A stretch of 63,576 nucleotides of DNA, counting the filler. It is 3 parts of 3 records of this genome, joined end to end, with 100 filler letters (N's around TTAATTAATTAA, not from the genome) between each part and the next. Parts side by side here need not be neighbours in the genome. Positions count along the whole stretch, not along the records: positions 1 to 27,507 come from SRR2962707_1427; positions 27,608 to 57,863 come from SRR2962707_1432; 1 more part is not named here. One strand, given 5' to 3'. Positions 20,284-29,452 of this stretch are shown here, in pieces. The notes beneath the pieces were generated by a model. The model searched no databases. It had not been told where the DNA came from and saw nothing but the letters and a program-made list of their open reading frames with translations. The translations under genes were made by a program, and so were the position numbers. Numbering within the stretch: the stretch's first letter is position 1; every line of letters begins with the position of its first letter.

Positions 20284-21296
20284 GCTGGCACGATCCAGGC
20301 GTCATCGATTGTCAGATCGACCGGCGTTCCAGCCGGCAGACGTTCGCGCAGATCGGCCAGCAAGTGTCCACCGCCGGCCAGTTCGACAGTGGTTTCAAAG
20401 CTCGCGCCCGTATAACGCGCCCGCAATACGGTGGCCGCAAGCCCGCCTTCGCCGCGCCGGATCGCCTGCGGTCGCACAAGAAGTTTTAGACGCCCCTCAC
20501 CCGCACCGCGGGCGGGCACCGCACGATCACCGATCCGCACGATCCCGCCAGTGGCCGTCGCGTCAACCACCATTCCGCGCCCGACAAATCCTGCAACCAT
20601 GGCGTTGGCCGGCTCTGCATAGATATGTTCGGGGGCGCCCATCTGCTGCACCTTGCCCTGATCGAGCACCACGATACGATCGGCCAGCACCAGCGCTTCG
20701 GATTGATCGTGGGTCACAAAGACGATGGTCGCTCCGCTGCGCTGATGCACGTCGGCGAAAACGTCGAGCATCGAGGCGCGCAGATGCACGTCCAGATTGG
20801 CCAGCGGCTCGTCGAGGAGGATGATGCGCGTTCCGGTGACGAGGCATCGTGCCAGGGCAACGCGCTGGCGTTGCCCGCCCGAGAGAGCATCAACGCTGCG
20901 GTCCTGATAACCGTCGAGGGAAACGACATCGAGAGCCTCGGCGACGCGCCGCTCTATGTCGTCGCGCCGCAACCCCTTGCCCTGCAAAGGATAGGCAACG
21001 TTCGCCGCCACGTTCATGTGCGGCCAGAGCGCATAGGATTGAAACACGATCCCCAGCTGGCGCTTTTCAGGCGGAACGATACCGCCCGGCCCCGCCATGG
21101 AAACACCGTCGAAGGAAACGCTGCCGTTATCGGGATGCTCGAATCCAGCGATCAGGCGCAGCAAAGTCGTCTTTCCGCATCCCGACGGCCCTAAAAGCGC
21201 GGTGAACGAGCCCGACGGCAAGTCGAGACAGATATCGGACACCGCTGTGGCCGTGCCGAAGGTCTTGCTTAGATTGTGAAGGGAAATCGCGGTCAT
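20280..21296 (-). CDS. ABC transporter ATP-binding protein (AfuC/FbpC/PotA-like)
   Basis: [22 protein letters not shown] and LLDEPLANLD; convergent with the permease, stops overlapping at CTAG. Confidence 0.93.
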   Translation of the reverse strand: MTAISLHNLSKTFGTATAVSDICLDLPSGSFTALLGPSGCGKTTLLRLIAGFEHPDNGSVSFDGVSMAGPGGIVPPEKRQLGIVFQSYALWPHMNVAANVAYPLQGKGLRRDDIERRVAEALDVVSLDGYQDRSVDALSGGQRQRVALARCLVTGTRIILLDEPLANLDVHLRASMLDVFADVHQRSGATIVFVTHDQSEALVLADRIVVLDQGKVQQMGAPEHIYAEPANAMVAGFVGRGMVVDATATGGIVRIGDRAVPARGAGEGRLKLLVRPQAIRRGEGGLAATVLRARYTGASFETTVELAGGGHLLADLRERLPAGTPVDLTIDDAWIVPA

Positions 21297-21318
21297 CGCG
21301 CCCGCCTATTCCCATCAT

Positions 21319-21336
21319 GTTACAGTGATGCGACAG
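21319..21336 (-). promoter_or_regulatory. Candidate Pho box on the minus strand (CTGTCGC-atca-CTGTAAC)
   Basis: 11-bp periodic CTGT repeats ending 22 nt before the ATPase ATG. Confidence 0.5.
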
Positions 21337-21535
21337 CCGCGCCGCGAGGGGCCTCTCGGGCGACGGTTACCGGGCATCGTGTGCGGCGCACCTCACGCTT
21401 TGTCCGACTTCCCGGACAGCGTGTCTGGCAAGCCGGACGCCTATGCCAGGCGTCGCGGCGCGCAACGGGGAGCCGGCAGTCTGCCGGGACCGCAAATCCC
21501 GTCGTTTCAGCCACCGGGGGCGCTCCGCAAAAAAG

Positions 21536-21551
21536 TTGGCACGCTATTTGA
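21536..21551 (+). promoter_or_regulatory. Sigma54 (-24/-12) promoter TTGGCACGCTATTTGA
   Basis: Matches TGGCAC-N5-TTGC with one mismatch at -12; 45 nt upstream of ATG 21597. Confidence 0.6.
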
Positions 21552-21596
21552 GGGAAGAGTGGCAGGCCGGCAGACGTTCGGCTCTGGGAGGAAGAC

Positions 21597-22793
21597 ATGA
21601 AATTTAGCAAGATACTCGCCATATCCGCATCGGCAGTGGTGTTGGCTGCAGCAGGCACTGCGGGCGCCCAGGACGCCGACCCGATCACCATCGCCCATGT
21701 TTACGGCAAGACAGGTGCGCTCGAAGCCTACGCCACGCAGTCCCACAACGGCCTGATGCTGGGGCTCGAATACTATACCGACGGCACCATGGAGATTGCC
21801 GGACGTCCAATCGAGGTGATCGAGAAAGATACCCAGCTTCAGCCCGATATCGGCCGGGCGCTGCTCGCGGAAGCCTATGGCGACGACGAAGTCGACCTCG
21901 CCGTCGGCGGCGTCAGTTCGGGCGTCGCTCTGGCCATGTTGCCGGTCGCTGAGGAATACGGCAAGATCTTCATCGTCGAACCGGCAGTGGCCGACTCCAT
22001 CACCGGCGAAAACTGGAACCGTTATATCTTCCGCACGGGCCGCAACTCGTCCCAGGACGCGGTCGCCAACGCCGTGGCGCTCGGCCAGGATGGCGTCAAG
22101 ATCGCCACGCTTGCGCAGGATTACGCCTTTGGGCGCGATGGTGTCGCCGCGTTCCGCGAGGCCCTTGAGGGAACCGGCGCCGAGCTGGTGTTCGAGGAAT
22201 ACGCGCCCCAGGACACCACCGACTTCACCGCCCATGCCCAGCGCATCTTCGACGCGCTCGAAGGCGAGGAGGGCCGCAAGGTCATATTCGTGATCTGGGC
22301 CGGTGGCGGCAATCCGCTGGGCAAGATCCAGGACATGGACCCGGCCCGGCTCGACATCGAGCTGGCAACCGGCGGCAACATCCTGCCCGCCCTCGTGGCC
22401 TACAGGGATTTCCCTGGCATGGAAGGGGCGACCTACTACTATTATGAGAACCCCCAAAACCCCATCAACGACTGGCTCGTCGAGCAGCATCAGGCCCGTT
22501 TCGACGGCCCGCCCGATTTCTTCACCGCCGGCGGCTTCGCCGCAGCCGGGGCGATCGTTGCGGCGCTGGAAGCGACCGGCGGCGACACCGATACCGAGAC
22601 ACTGATTTCGACCATGGAAGGCATGAGCTGGGATACGCCGAAGGGCGCCATGACGTTCCGGCCCGAAGATCACCAGGCGATGCAGGACATGTTCCACTTC
22701 AGGATCGAGGTGCAGGACGGCGTCGAGTGGGGCGTACCGGCTCTGGTTGAGGTGATCGAAGCCCAAGAGATGGATATTCCCGTCCGGAACTGA
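21597..22793 (+). CDS. Branched-chain amino acid-type ABC substrate-binding protein
   Basis: Signal peptide, KTGALEAY, GGVSSGVALA, YIFRT and QDYAFGRDG; SD GGGAGG. Confidence 0.9.
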   Translation: MKFSKILAISASAVVLAAAGTAGAQDADPITIAHVYGKTGALEAYATQSHNGLMLGLEYYTDGTMEIAGRPIEVIEKDTQLQPDIGRALLAEAYGDDEVDLAVGGVSSGVALAMLPVAEEYGKIFIVEPAVADSITGENWNRYIFRTGRNSSQDAVANAVALGQDGVKIATLAQDYAFGRDGVAAFREALEGTGAELVFEEYAPQDTTDFTAHAQRIFDALEGEEGRKVIFVIWAGGGNPLGKIQDMDPARLDIELATGGNILPALVAYRDFPGMEGATYYYYENPQNPINDWLVEQHQARFDGPPDFFTAGGFAAAGAIVAALEATGGDTDTETLISTMEGMSWDTPKGAMTFRPEDHQAMQDMFHFRIEVQDGVEWGVPALVEVIEAQEMDIPVRN

Positions 22794-22807
22794 CATCGGA
22801 CCTCTTG

Positions 22808-22847
22808 AGACCGTGGCGGGCGACGGGAGATGCGCCCGCCACGGTCT
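22808..22847 (+). other. 15-bp-stem hairpin between the SBP and ATPase genes (probable mRNA stabiliser or attenuator)
   Basis: AGACCGTGGCGGGCG-N10-CGCCCGCCACGGTCT. Confidence 0.6.
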
Positions 22848-22866
22848 GTTCGATCAGCGGAGACCG

Positions 22867-23637
22867 ATGATGACTGACACCACGGCGCCGGCGCTGCAGA
22901 CCCGCGACCTGACGATCCGTTTTGGCGGCCATGTCGCCGTGGATTCGGTTACCTATGATTTCCGCCCCGGATGCCTGGTGGCGATCGTCGGGCCGAACGG
23001 GGCCGGCAAGACGACCTATTTCAACCTGATTTCGGGTCAGTTGCGGGCCAGCGCCGGCACCGTCATCCATCAGGGCGAAGACATCACCCGGCTCCCGGTG
23101 CCCGAGCGCACGCGGCGCGGGATCGGGCGAGCCTTCCAGCTGACAAATCTGTTTCCACGGCTTTCGGTTCTCGAAAACGTCCGGCTTGCCATTCAGGCGC
23201 GCCGCCCGGGCGCAATGGATCTGTTCCGGCTCGCCGACGCCGACAAGTCCGCGATCGACACTGCCATGAGCTATATCGAGCGGTGCGGGCTCGCCGCGCG
23301 GCGTAACGAACCGGCCGCCAATCTTTCGCACGGCGACCAACGCAAGCTCGAGGTGGCGCTGCTGCTGGCGCTGGAAAGCTCCATCGTCATGTTTGACGAG
23401 CCGACCGCAGGCATGAGCGCGGATGAGGCTCCGATCATTCTCGAGCTTATCCAGTCCATCAAGAGCGATGCGCGCAAGACCATCATCCTGGTCGAGCACA
23501 AGATGGACGTCATCCGCTCGCTCGCCGACGAAATCATGGTGCTGCACAACGGGCAGCTCGTGGCCGCCGGGGTGCCCGCCGAAGTGATGAAGTCCGACGT
23601 GGTCCGCGACGCCTATCTCGGGACCATGGGGCACTAG
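22867..23637 (+). CDS. LivG-like ABC ATP-binding protein
   Basis: GPNGAGKTT, LSHGDQRKLEVA, DEPTAG and VEHKMD. Confidence 0.92.
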   Translation: MMTDTTAPALQTRDLTIRFGGHVAVDSVTYDFRPGCLVAIVGPNGAGKTTYFNLISGQLRASAGTVIHQGEDITRLPVPERTRRGIGRAFQLTNLFPRLSVLENVRLAIQARRPGAMDLFRLADADKSAIDTAMSYIERCGLAARRNEPAANLSHGDQRKLEVALLLALESSIVMFDEPTAGMSADEAPIILELIQSIKSDARKTIILVEHKMDVIRSLADEIMVLHNGQLVAAGVPAEVMKSDVVRDAYLGTMGH

Positions 23638-23643
23638 GAGACG

Positions 23644-24378
23644 ATGATGACCACCGATGCGCTTCTGTCGCTCTCTGACGTCCATACCTATATCGGGCGG
23701 TATCACATTCTGCACGGGGTCAACCTCGAAATCCTGCGGGGCGAATTGACAATGCTGCTCGGGCGCAACGGCGCCGGCAAGACCACCACGATGCGCACCA
23801 TCATGAAGCTCTGGCCGGTGCGCGAGGGCCGCATCGATTTTGCCGGCGAGGACGTGACCAGACTTTCAACGCCCGATATCGCACGGCGCGGTATCGCCTA
23901 CGTTCCCGAAAACATGGGGATTTTCGGCACCCTGAGCGTTGAGGAAAACATGGTGCTTGCGGCGCGCGCGGGCGAGCCCGACGCCAAACGGCTCGAGTGG
24001 ATCTATGAGCTCTTTCCGGCACTCCGCAAATTCTGGCGCTGGCCGGCAGGTCAACTTTCGGGCGGGCAAAAACAGATGCTCGCCATTGCGCGGGCCATAA
24101 TCGAACCGGCGGACCTGCTGCTCATCGATGAACCCACCAAAGGATTGGCGCCCACCATTATCGATGCTCTGGCCAATGCTATCGACGCGCTCAAAGAGAC
24201 CGGCGTCACCATTTTGATGGTCGAACAGAATTTCGCGCTCGCCGAGCGGGTGGGCGACCGGGTCGCCGTCATGGACGACGGCAAGATCATACACACCGGC
24301 ACCATGGCGGCGCTGAGCGCGGACACAGCGCTGCAGGGCCGGCTGCTGGGGTTTGACGTTGGGGGAGATGCCGCATGA
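23644..24378 (+). CDS. LivF-like ABC ATP-binding protein
   Basis: GRNGAGKTT, LSGGQKQMLAIAR, DEPTKGLAP and VEQN. Confidence 0.92.
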   Translation: MMTTDALLSLSDVHTYIGRYHILHGVNLEILRGELTMLLGRNGAGKTTTMRTIMKLWPVREGRIDFAGEDVTRLSTPDIARRGIAYVPENMGIFGTLSVEENMVLAARAGEPDAKRLEWIYELFPALRKFWRWPAGQLSGGQKQMLAIARAIIEPADLLLIDEPTKGLAPTIIDALANAIDALKETGVTILMVEQNFALAERVGDRVAVMDDGKIIHTGTMAALSADTALQGRLLGFDVGGDAA

Positions 24379-25409
24379 GCGCGAATAACGAACCTGTTGC
24401 CCTCTCGGGCACCGGGCACGGACTTATGGGATACGTGCGGGATCGCCTGGCCTATTTCACGGTGCCGGTGCTCATTGCCCTGGCATTGCTGCCGATCGGC
24501 AGCATGCCGACCTGGGGCACGCTGACGCTGGCCGGGCTCGCCATGGGGCTGATGATCTTTATCATGGCGTCCGGCCTTACCCTTGTTTTCGGGCTGATGG
24601 ACGTTCTCAATTTCGGGCACGGCGCGATGATTTCATTTGGCGCCTTTGTCGGGGTGTCAGCGCTGGTGGCCCTCGGGCCGCTCTACGGCGCCGCAGGCAT
24701 CGAGCTCAATCTTGTCGCCCTGCTGCTGGGCGCCCTGGCCGCCATGGTCGCCGCGGGCGTCCTGGGCCTCGTCTTCGAGCGCCTGATCGTGCGTCCGGTC
24801 TATGGCCATCACCTCAAGCAGATCCTGATTACCACCGGTGGCCTGATCGTTGTCGAACAGCTCATCATCGTCATCTGGGGTCCCAACGAGATCCCCATCC
24901 CCCGCCCCGAAAGCCTCAAAGGTGCTTTCATCGTGGGAGGCGTGGTGCTCGAAAAATACCGCCTGCTTGCTGTCGGCCTGGGCCTCGCGCTGTTTGTGGC
25001 GCTGCGGATCATCCTGACGCGCACTAAGATCGGACTGCTTGTGCGGGCAGGCGTCGAGAACCGCGAAATGGTGGAAGCGCTGGGCTATCGCATTTCCGTT
25101 CTGTTCATCGGCGTCTTCGTTGTCGCGTCCGCGCTCGGCGGCCTGGGCGGCATTATGTGGGGGCTCTATGACGAGGTGATTACCGCGCAAATGGGCATGA
25201 GCGTGATGATTCTCGTCTTCATCACCATCATCATCGGCGGCCTGGGCTCGATCGAGGGCTGTTTCGTTGCCGCGCTGTTGATCGGGCTGACCAACAACTA
25301 TGTCGCCTATCTCGCGCCCAAGCTCTCGCTGGGGTCCGCCATTCTACTCATGGTGGTGGTACTGATGTGGCGCCCCAACGGCCTGCTGCAACCAAGCGGA
25401 TCGAGGTAG
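24375..25409 (+). CDS. LivH-like ABC permease
   Basis: GLTLVFGLMDVLNFGHG, IIGGLGS and RPNGL. Confidence 0.92.
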   Translation: MSANNEPVALSGTGHGLMGYVRDRLAYFTVPVLIALALLPIGSMPTWGTLTLAGLAMGLMIFIMASGLTLVFGLMDVLNFGHGAMISFGAFVGVSALVALGPLYGAAGIELNLVALLLGALAAMVAAGVLGLVFERLIVRPVYGHHLKQILITTGGLIVVEQLIIVIWGPNEIPIPRPESLKGAFIVGGVVLEKYRLLAVGLGLALFVALRIILTRTKIGLLVRAGVENREMVEALGYRISVLFIGVFVVASALGGLGGIMWGLYDEVITAQMGMSVMILVFITIIIGGLGSIEGCFVAALLIGLTNNYVAYLAPKLSLGSAILLMVVVLMWRPNGLLQPSGSR

Positions 25410-25415
25410 GTGACG

Positions 25416-26477
25416 ATGATAAAATCCATTCTTTCAGGCGACACCCCCGGCAAACCGGTCTTGAGCCTTATCATCGCCGCCATCGTTTTGTGCCTGGCCT
25501 TCGCGCCGTTCATCTTTCCGGGCACGCGGTCGGTGGATACGGCGGCCCGCATCTGCATCATCATCGCGCTTGTCGCGAGCTATGATTTGCTGCTCGGCTA
25601 TACGGGGATCGTCTCGTTTGCCCACACGATGTTCTTTGGACTTGGCGCCTATGGCGTCGCGATAGCCTCGTACAACATGGGACCGGGCTGGGGTGCGATC
25701 GGGCTTGGCACCTTGATCGGCGTGGCGATCGCGGCAGGTCTGGCGCTCCTTATCGCCCTCGCCTCGCTGCGCGTGCGGGCGATCTTTTTCGCAATGATTA
25801 CGCTGGCGGTATCGAGCGCCTTCGGCATCCTCATATCGCAGCTTTATACGATCACCGGCGGCGAGGACGGGTTGACCTATCGCGTGCCCCAGGTCCTTAC
25901 GCCGGCCTTCAAGCTTGCCGACTTCCGCATTTTCGACGTGAGGCTCGATGGCAAGCTGCTTGCCTATTATCTCGTCTTTGCCGGAGCGGCCGCGCTGTTC
26001 CTCGTTCTTTTGCGCTTCGTCAATTCCCCCTTCGGGCGCGTTCTCCAGGCCATCCGCGAAAACGATTTCCGCGCCGAAGCCCTGGGCTTCAAGACCGTTT
26101 ATTACCGCACGATCGCCTCGGTGATTTCGGCGGTTGCCGCCGCTCTTGCCGGCGCGCTCTTTGCCATCTGGCTGCGCTACACAGGCCCCGACACCACGCT
26201 GTCGCTGGACCTGATGATCGACATTCTCGTCATGGTGGTGATCGGCGGAATGGGCACCATGTGGGGCGCCATTCTGGGTGCGACGATTTTTGTGCTGGCC
26301 CAGAACTATCTGCGCGACGTGATGGCCACCGCCAGCGCAGCGACCGCCGATATTCCATTCGCCAGCGATCTGCTGCACCCGGATCGATGGTTGTTCTGGC
26401 TCGGGCTGCTGTTCATCCTCAGCGTCTATTTCTTCCCGACCGGGATTGTCGGCCGGTTCAGGGGGAGAGCCGAATGA
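25416..26477 (+). CDS. LivM-like ABC permease
   Basis: GYTGIVSFAH, TGGEDG, SPFGRVLQAIREN and PTGIVG; GTG at 25410 is an alternative start. Confidence 0.92.
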   Translation: MIKSILSGDTPGKPVLSLIIAAIVLCLAFAPFIFPGTRSVDTAARICIIIALVASYDLLLGYTGIVSFAHTMFFGLGAYGVAIASYNMGPGWGAIGLGTLIGVAIAAGLALLIALASLRVRAIFFAMITLAVSSAFGILISQLYTITGGEDGLTYRVPQVLTPAFKLADFRIFDVRLDGKLLAYYLVFAGAAALFLVLLRFVNSPFGRVLQAIRENDFRAEALGFKTVYYRTIASVISAVAAALAGALFAIWLRYTGPDTTLSLDLMIDILVMVVIGGMGTMWGAILGATIFVLAQNYLRDVMATASAATADIPFASDLLHPDRWLFWLGLLFILSVYFFPTGIVGRFRGRAE

Positions 26478-27313
26478 CCCAGCCGATTTCCCGCTACTTC
26501 AACTTGCGCGACCGGGAAATCCACGTTTCCCAATGGGGGGCGCCGGAAAAGCCAGCCCTCGTCATGTGGCACGGCCTGGCCCGCACTGGACGCGATTTCG
26601 ACACCATCGCGCGCGCCCTGAGCGACCAGTACTTCATCCTTGCGCCCGATACGCTCGGGCGTGGACTGAGCCAGTGGGCTGAAGACCCGTCACGCGAGTA
26701 CCGGCTCGACAATTTCGGCGCCATGGCCATGGAATTGCTCGATCAGTTCGGCATTTCCACCTGCCGCTGGATCGGCACTTCCATGGGTGGCGCCATCGGC
26801 ATGCACCTCGCCGGCGGCCCGATGCGCGGGCGGATCAGTCATCTGGTCATCAACGATATCGGCCCGGAAATCCCCGCCGCTGCGGTCGAGCGCATTTCGA
26901 CGTATGTCGGCAACCCGCCGGTTTTTGACACGATCGGCGCACTCGAAGCCTGGCTGCGCACTGTCTATGCGCCGTTCGGTCCACTCGCCGACGCCGAATG
27001 GCGGATGATGGCGGACAGTTCGGCGCGGCGCACGGATGGGGGCAAGGTGACTGTCCACTACGACCTGGCCATCGTCGCCCAGTTCGATGCGACAAACGAT
27101 GTCGGCGATCAATGGTCCGATTTCGATGCCATCACCGCGCCGACTCTGCTGATCCGGGGCGTTGAAAGTGACCTGTTGAGCGACGACCTCGCTGCCCGCA
27201 TGCAGACACGCGGACCGCGCCCGCAGCGCCTCGACATCGCCGGCGCCGGCCACGCACCCGCCCTTAACGTTGCCACCCAGATCGAGCCGGTGCGGGCATT
27301 CTTGCTGGGTTGA
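26474..27313 (+). CDS. Alpha/beta hydrolase
   Basis: HGLARTGRDF, nucleophile GTSMGG, NDIGP and GHAP; ATGA overlap with the permease. Confidence 0.9.
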   Translation: MTQPISRYFNLRDREIHVSQWGAPEKPALVMWHGLARTGRDFDTIARALSDQYFILAPDTLGRGLSQWAEDPSREYRLDNFGAMAMELLDQFGISTCRWIGTSMGGAIGMHLAGGPMRGRISHLVINDIGPEIPAAAVERISTYVGNPPVFDTIGALEAWLRTVYAPFGPLADAEWRMMADSSARRTDGGKVTVHYDLAIVAQFDATNDVGDQWSDFDAITAPTLLIRGVESDLLSDDLAARMQTRGPRPQRLDIAGAGHAPALNVATQIEPVRAFLLG

Positions 27314-27480
27314 CGATACGCGCCCCGGCCCCTCGGCGGATCAAAGCTCGCCTTGTGTCTGCCTTTGGTGTTCCCGAGGCGTCAGGAACAGGGCTGTGCA
27401 GATCGCGGCAAGCAAGGCGATAGCTGCGTTCCACCTGCCGAGGAGCGGTTGGCCAGTCTTGTTTCTGCAATGGGGTGAAA

Positions 27481-27507
27481 TGGCGCGCCCGAAAGGATTC
27501 GAACCTC
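27481..27507 (-). tRNA. 3' end of a tRNA (probably tRNA-Arg), truncated by the contig end
   Basis: Reverse complement GAGGTTCGAATCCTTTCGGGCGCGCCA = T-arm, acceptor strand and CCA. The anticodon is not visible; the Arg call is from recalled similarity. Confidence 0.8.
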
Positions 27508-27607
27508 NNNNNNNNNNNNNNNNNNNNNNNNNNNNNNNNNNNNNNNNNNNNTTAATTAATTAANNNNNNNNNNNNNNNNNNNNNNNNNNNNNNNNNNNNN
27601 NNNNNNN
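27508..27607. other. Artificial contig linker (N44-TTAATTAATTAA-N44)
   Basis: Six-frame stop spacer flanked by N runs; composition changes across it. Confidence 0.98.
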
Positions 27608-27608
27608 G

Positions 27609-28100
27609 ATCTTTGTGACCCATGATCAGGAAGAAGCTAACACGATTTGCGACCGGATTGCCGTAATGGCAGATGGTGTCGTTCAGCAGATCGGTCGCCC
27701 AGATGAGGTTTATGACAACCCTGCCAACAGTTTTGTGGCGAAATTCCTGGGTACTGCAAACATCCTTGATGGGGAGGTTGTCCCCTCTGCAGGCGGCAGG
27801 TGTTTCGATTGTGGTGCCAACCTTCGTATACCGGTTGGGCCGGATGAAACTCCGGGCAAGGCGCGTCTGGTGGTTCGGCCTGAAAGTATCGAGTTCAGCA
27901 ACGAAGGCGCAGAAGACACCCTTTTGGGTTCTGTCGTATCAGCAGAGTTCCTTGGCGGGATGGTGCGTTATGCCATTGATATCAATGGTCAGGAACTACT
28001 GGTTGATGAACGTCATACTCGTGGGAAAAAGCGGATGGAAAGCGGCGAGCAGGTTGTCCTGAAACTAGATCCTGTGCAGGCAGTTCTGATCCGCGATTGA
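27609..28100 (+). CDS. ABC transporter ATP-binding protein (PotA/FbpC-like), 5'-truncated
   Basis: IFVTHDQEEA..CDRIAVM, FVAKFLG and a TOBE domain. Confidence 0.9.
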   Translation: MFVTHDQEEANTICDRIAVMADGVVQQIGRPDEVYDNPANSFVAKFLGTANILDGEVVPSAGGRCFDCGANLRIPVGPDETPGKARLVVRPESIEFSNEGAEDTLLGSVVSAEFLGGMVRYAIDINGQELLVDERHTRGKKRMESGEQVVLKLDPVQAVLIRD

Positions 28101-28178
28101 TCTGAATAGACCGGGGCATCGAACGAGTCATATCGTTCGGTGCCCTCTTTGTATGACCTGTATTACGAAGGTTCGAAA

Positions 28179-28850
28179 ATGTCAGAAACCAAACTTCCGA
28201 CCATTTTGCTCGTCCGGCATGGGGAAACCCAATGGAACACCGAAGGACGCTTGCAAGGGTGGCAGGATGCGCCATTAACGCTGAATGGCTTTCGTCAGGT
28301 TTGCGCGGTTGCTGAGAACATCCGTGAGATGTGGGTTGATCTGCAAAAAAATGGCAGTGTTAAGTACCACACCAGTAGCCTCGGTCGGGCCCGGCAGACG
28401 GCTTCGATTCTTTCCGATTGTTGGGGAATCCCATATGCAGCTTTCGCAACCGACGATGCCATAAAAGAACGTAACTACGGCCAATGGGAAGGCATGACGT
28501 TGTCAGAAGTCTCGCAGAGCCGATCAGCGGAATTTGAAGCGCATCAGAATGATCCTTGGGGCTATCTGGTGCCGGGTGGAGAAACCAAACTTGAACTGCT
28601 CGCACGTATTGATACATGGCTTCATGAACTTCCAGCCGACCAAGCGCATGTTGTGGTTACACACAGCGGTTGTTTTCGCCTGATCCGTGGCCTTTATGTC
28701 GGTGCGGCACGTTCTGATATGGACGGTTATCGCGAACCGCAAACAACCTCCTACTTGCTTGCGGACGGAACAAGCTATGAACGCTCTATGCCCGGGAGTC
28801 TGATGACCAAGTTCAAATTGAACTCTAAAGCTTTAACCGTACAGATTTAA
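28179..28850 (+). CDS. Histidine phosphatase (phosphoglycerate mutase) family protein
   Basis: LVRHGETQWN, SSLGRARQTA, ERNYGQWEG, PGGE and VVTHSG. Confidence 0.92.
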   Translation: MSETKLPTILLVRHGETQWNTEGRLQGWQDAPLTLNGFRQVCAVAENIREMWVDLQKNGSVKYHTSSLGRARQTASILSDCWGIPYAAFATDDAIKERNYGQWEGMTLSEVSQSRSAEFEAHQNDPWGYLVPGGETKLELLARIDTWLHELPADQAHVVVTHSGCFRLIRGLYVGAARSDMDGYREPQTTSYLLADGTSYERSMPGSLMTKFKLNSKALTVQI

Positions 28851-29025
28851 GCGAAGCATTTGGATCACCACATCTTGTAAACTGATCCATAAAACTAAAA
28901 ACGTGCCTGCATCACGCGGGCGAGATTTTGTACGTCTATTGTGATGAGGCGTCTAGGTTGTGACACGCATATCAGCCTCTTCTCATTCTGAACCTGATTC
29001 TGAGAGGTTTCAGTTATGCTTCTTC

Positions 29026-29301
29026 TTAACGGGGGAGCCGCTTATGATCTTCAAGCTCGTGCTCTCGCATCAAGTCTTCCAATGTTGGTCGTCGCGGGGT
29101 TGCTGCTTCCGTTGTTAACCTCAGGTCGAGTATTGCTAATAATGTCTCGATCTTTCTGATCCCCAATTCATGCAATTTTCCATTTTCGAGAGCATTCAGG
29201 GTTGAACGGCTGATACCGGCTTCTGCGGCAAGATCTACTTGCCGGACTCCCTTTGCTCTTCTGTGATTTCGGATTGTCTCACCGATATCGTAAATGTCCA
29301 T
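29026..29301 (-). CDS. XRE-family HTH protein (HipB-like), no adjacent hipA
   Basis: IGETIRNHRRAKGVRQVDLAAEAGISRSTLNALENG with a RRPTLEDL tail. Confidence 0.85.
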   Translation of the reverse strand: MDIYDIGETIRNHRRAKGVRQVDLAAEAGISRSTLNALENGKLHELGIRKIETLLAILDLRLTTEAATPRRPTLEDLMREHELEDHKRLPR

Positions 29302-29311
29302 CACTCAAACC

Positions 29312-29375
29312 AAATGTCTAGTATTTCGGACATTTTGTATGAAATAGTGAGAAATGTCTAATATGTTGGACATTT
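29312..29375. promoter_or_regulatory. Two palindromic operators AAATGTC-N10-GACATTT (29312-29335, 29352-29375)
   Basis: Identical 7-bp arms, exactly 40 bp apart, directly upstream of the XRE gene. Confidence 0.75.
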
Positions 29376-29408
29376 CTTTTCCTGTTATGAGGTATTCCCA
29401 TCATGCGG

Positions 29409-29437
29409 TGAGCCGAATAGGATGATTAATCGGCTCA
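29409..29437. promoter_or_regulatory. Inverted repeat TGAGCCGA-N13-TCGGCTCA abutting the fic SD
   Basis: Perfect 8-bp arms followed by GGAGG. Confidence 0.6.
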
Positions 29438-29452
29438 GGAGGGAATATTGTG

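Noticed and set aside
155-26378. Long alternative ORFs (e.g. 155-1180+, 6233-7996-, 7966-9198-, 8856-10589-, 21507-22796-)
   Set aside because: They are antisense shadows of well-supported genes in GC-rich DNA and carry no motifs.
27552-27563. TTAATTAATTAA as a biological motif
   Set aside because: It is a six-frame stop spacer inside N runs, repeated identically at 57908-57919.
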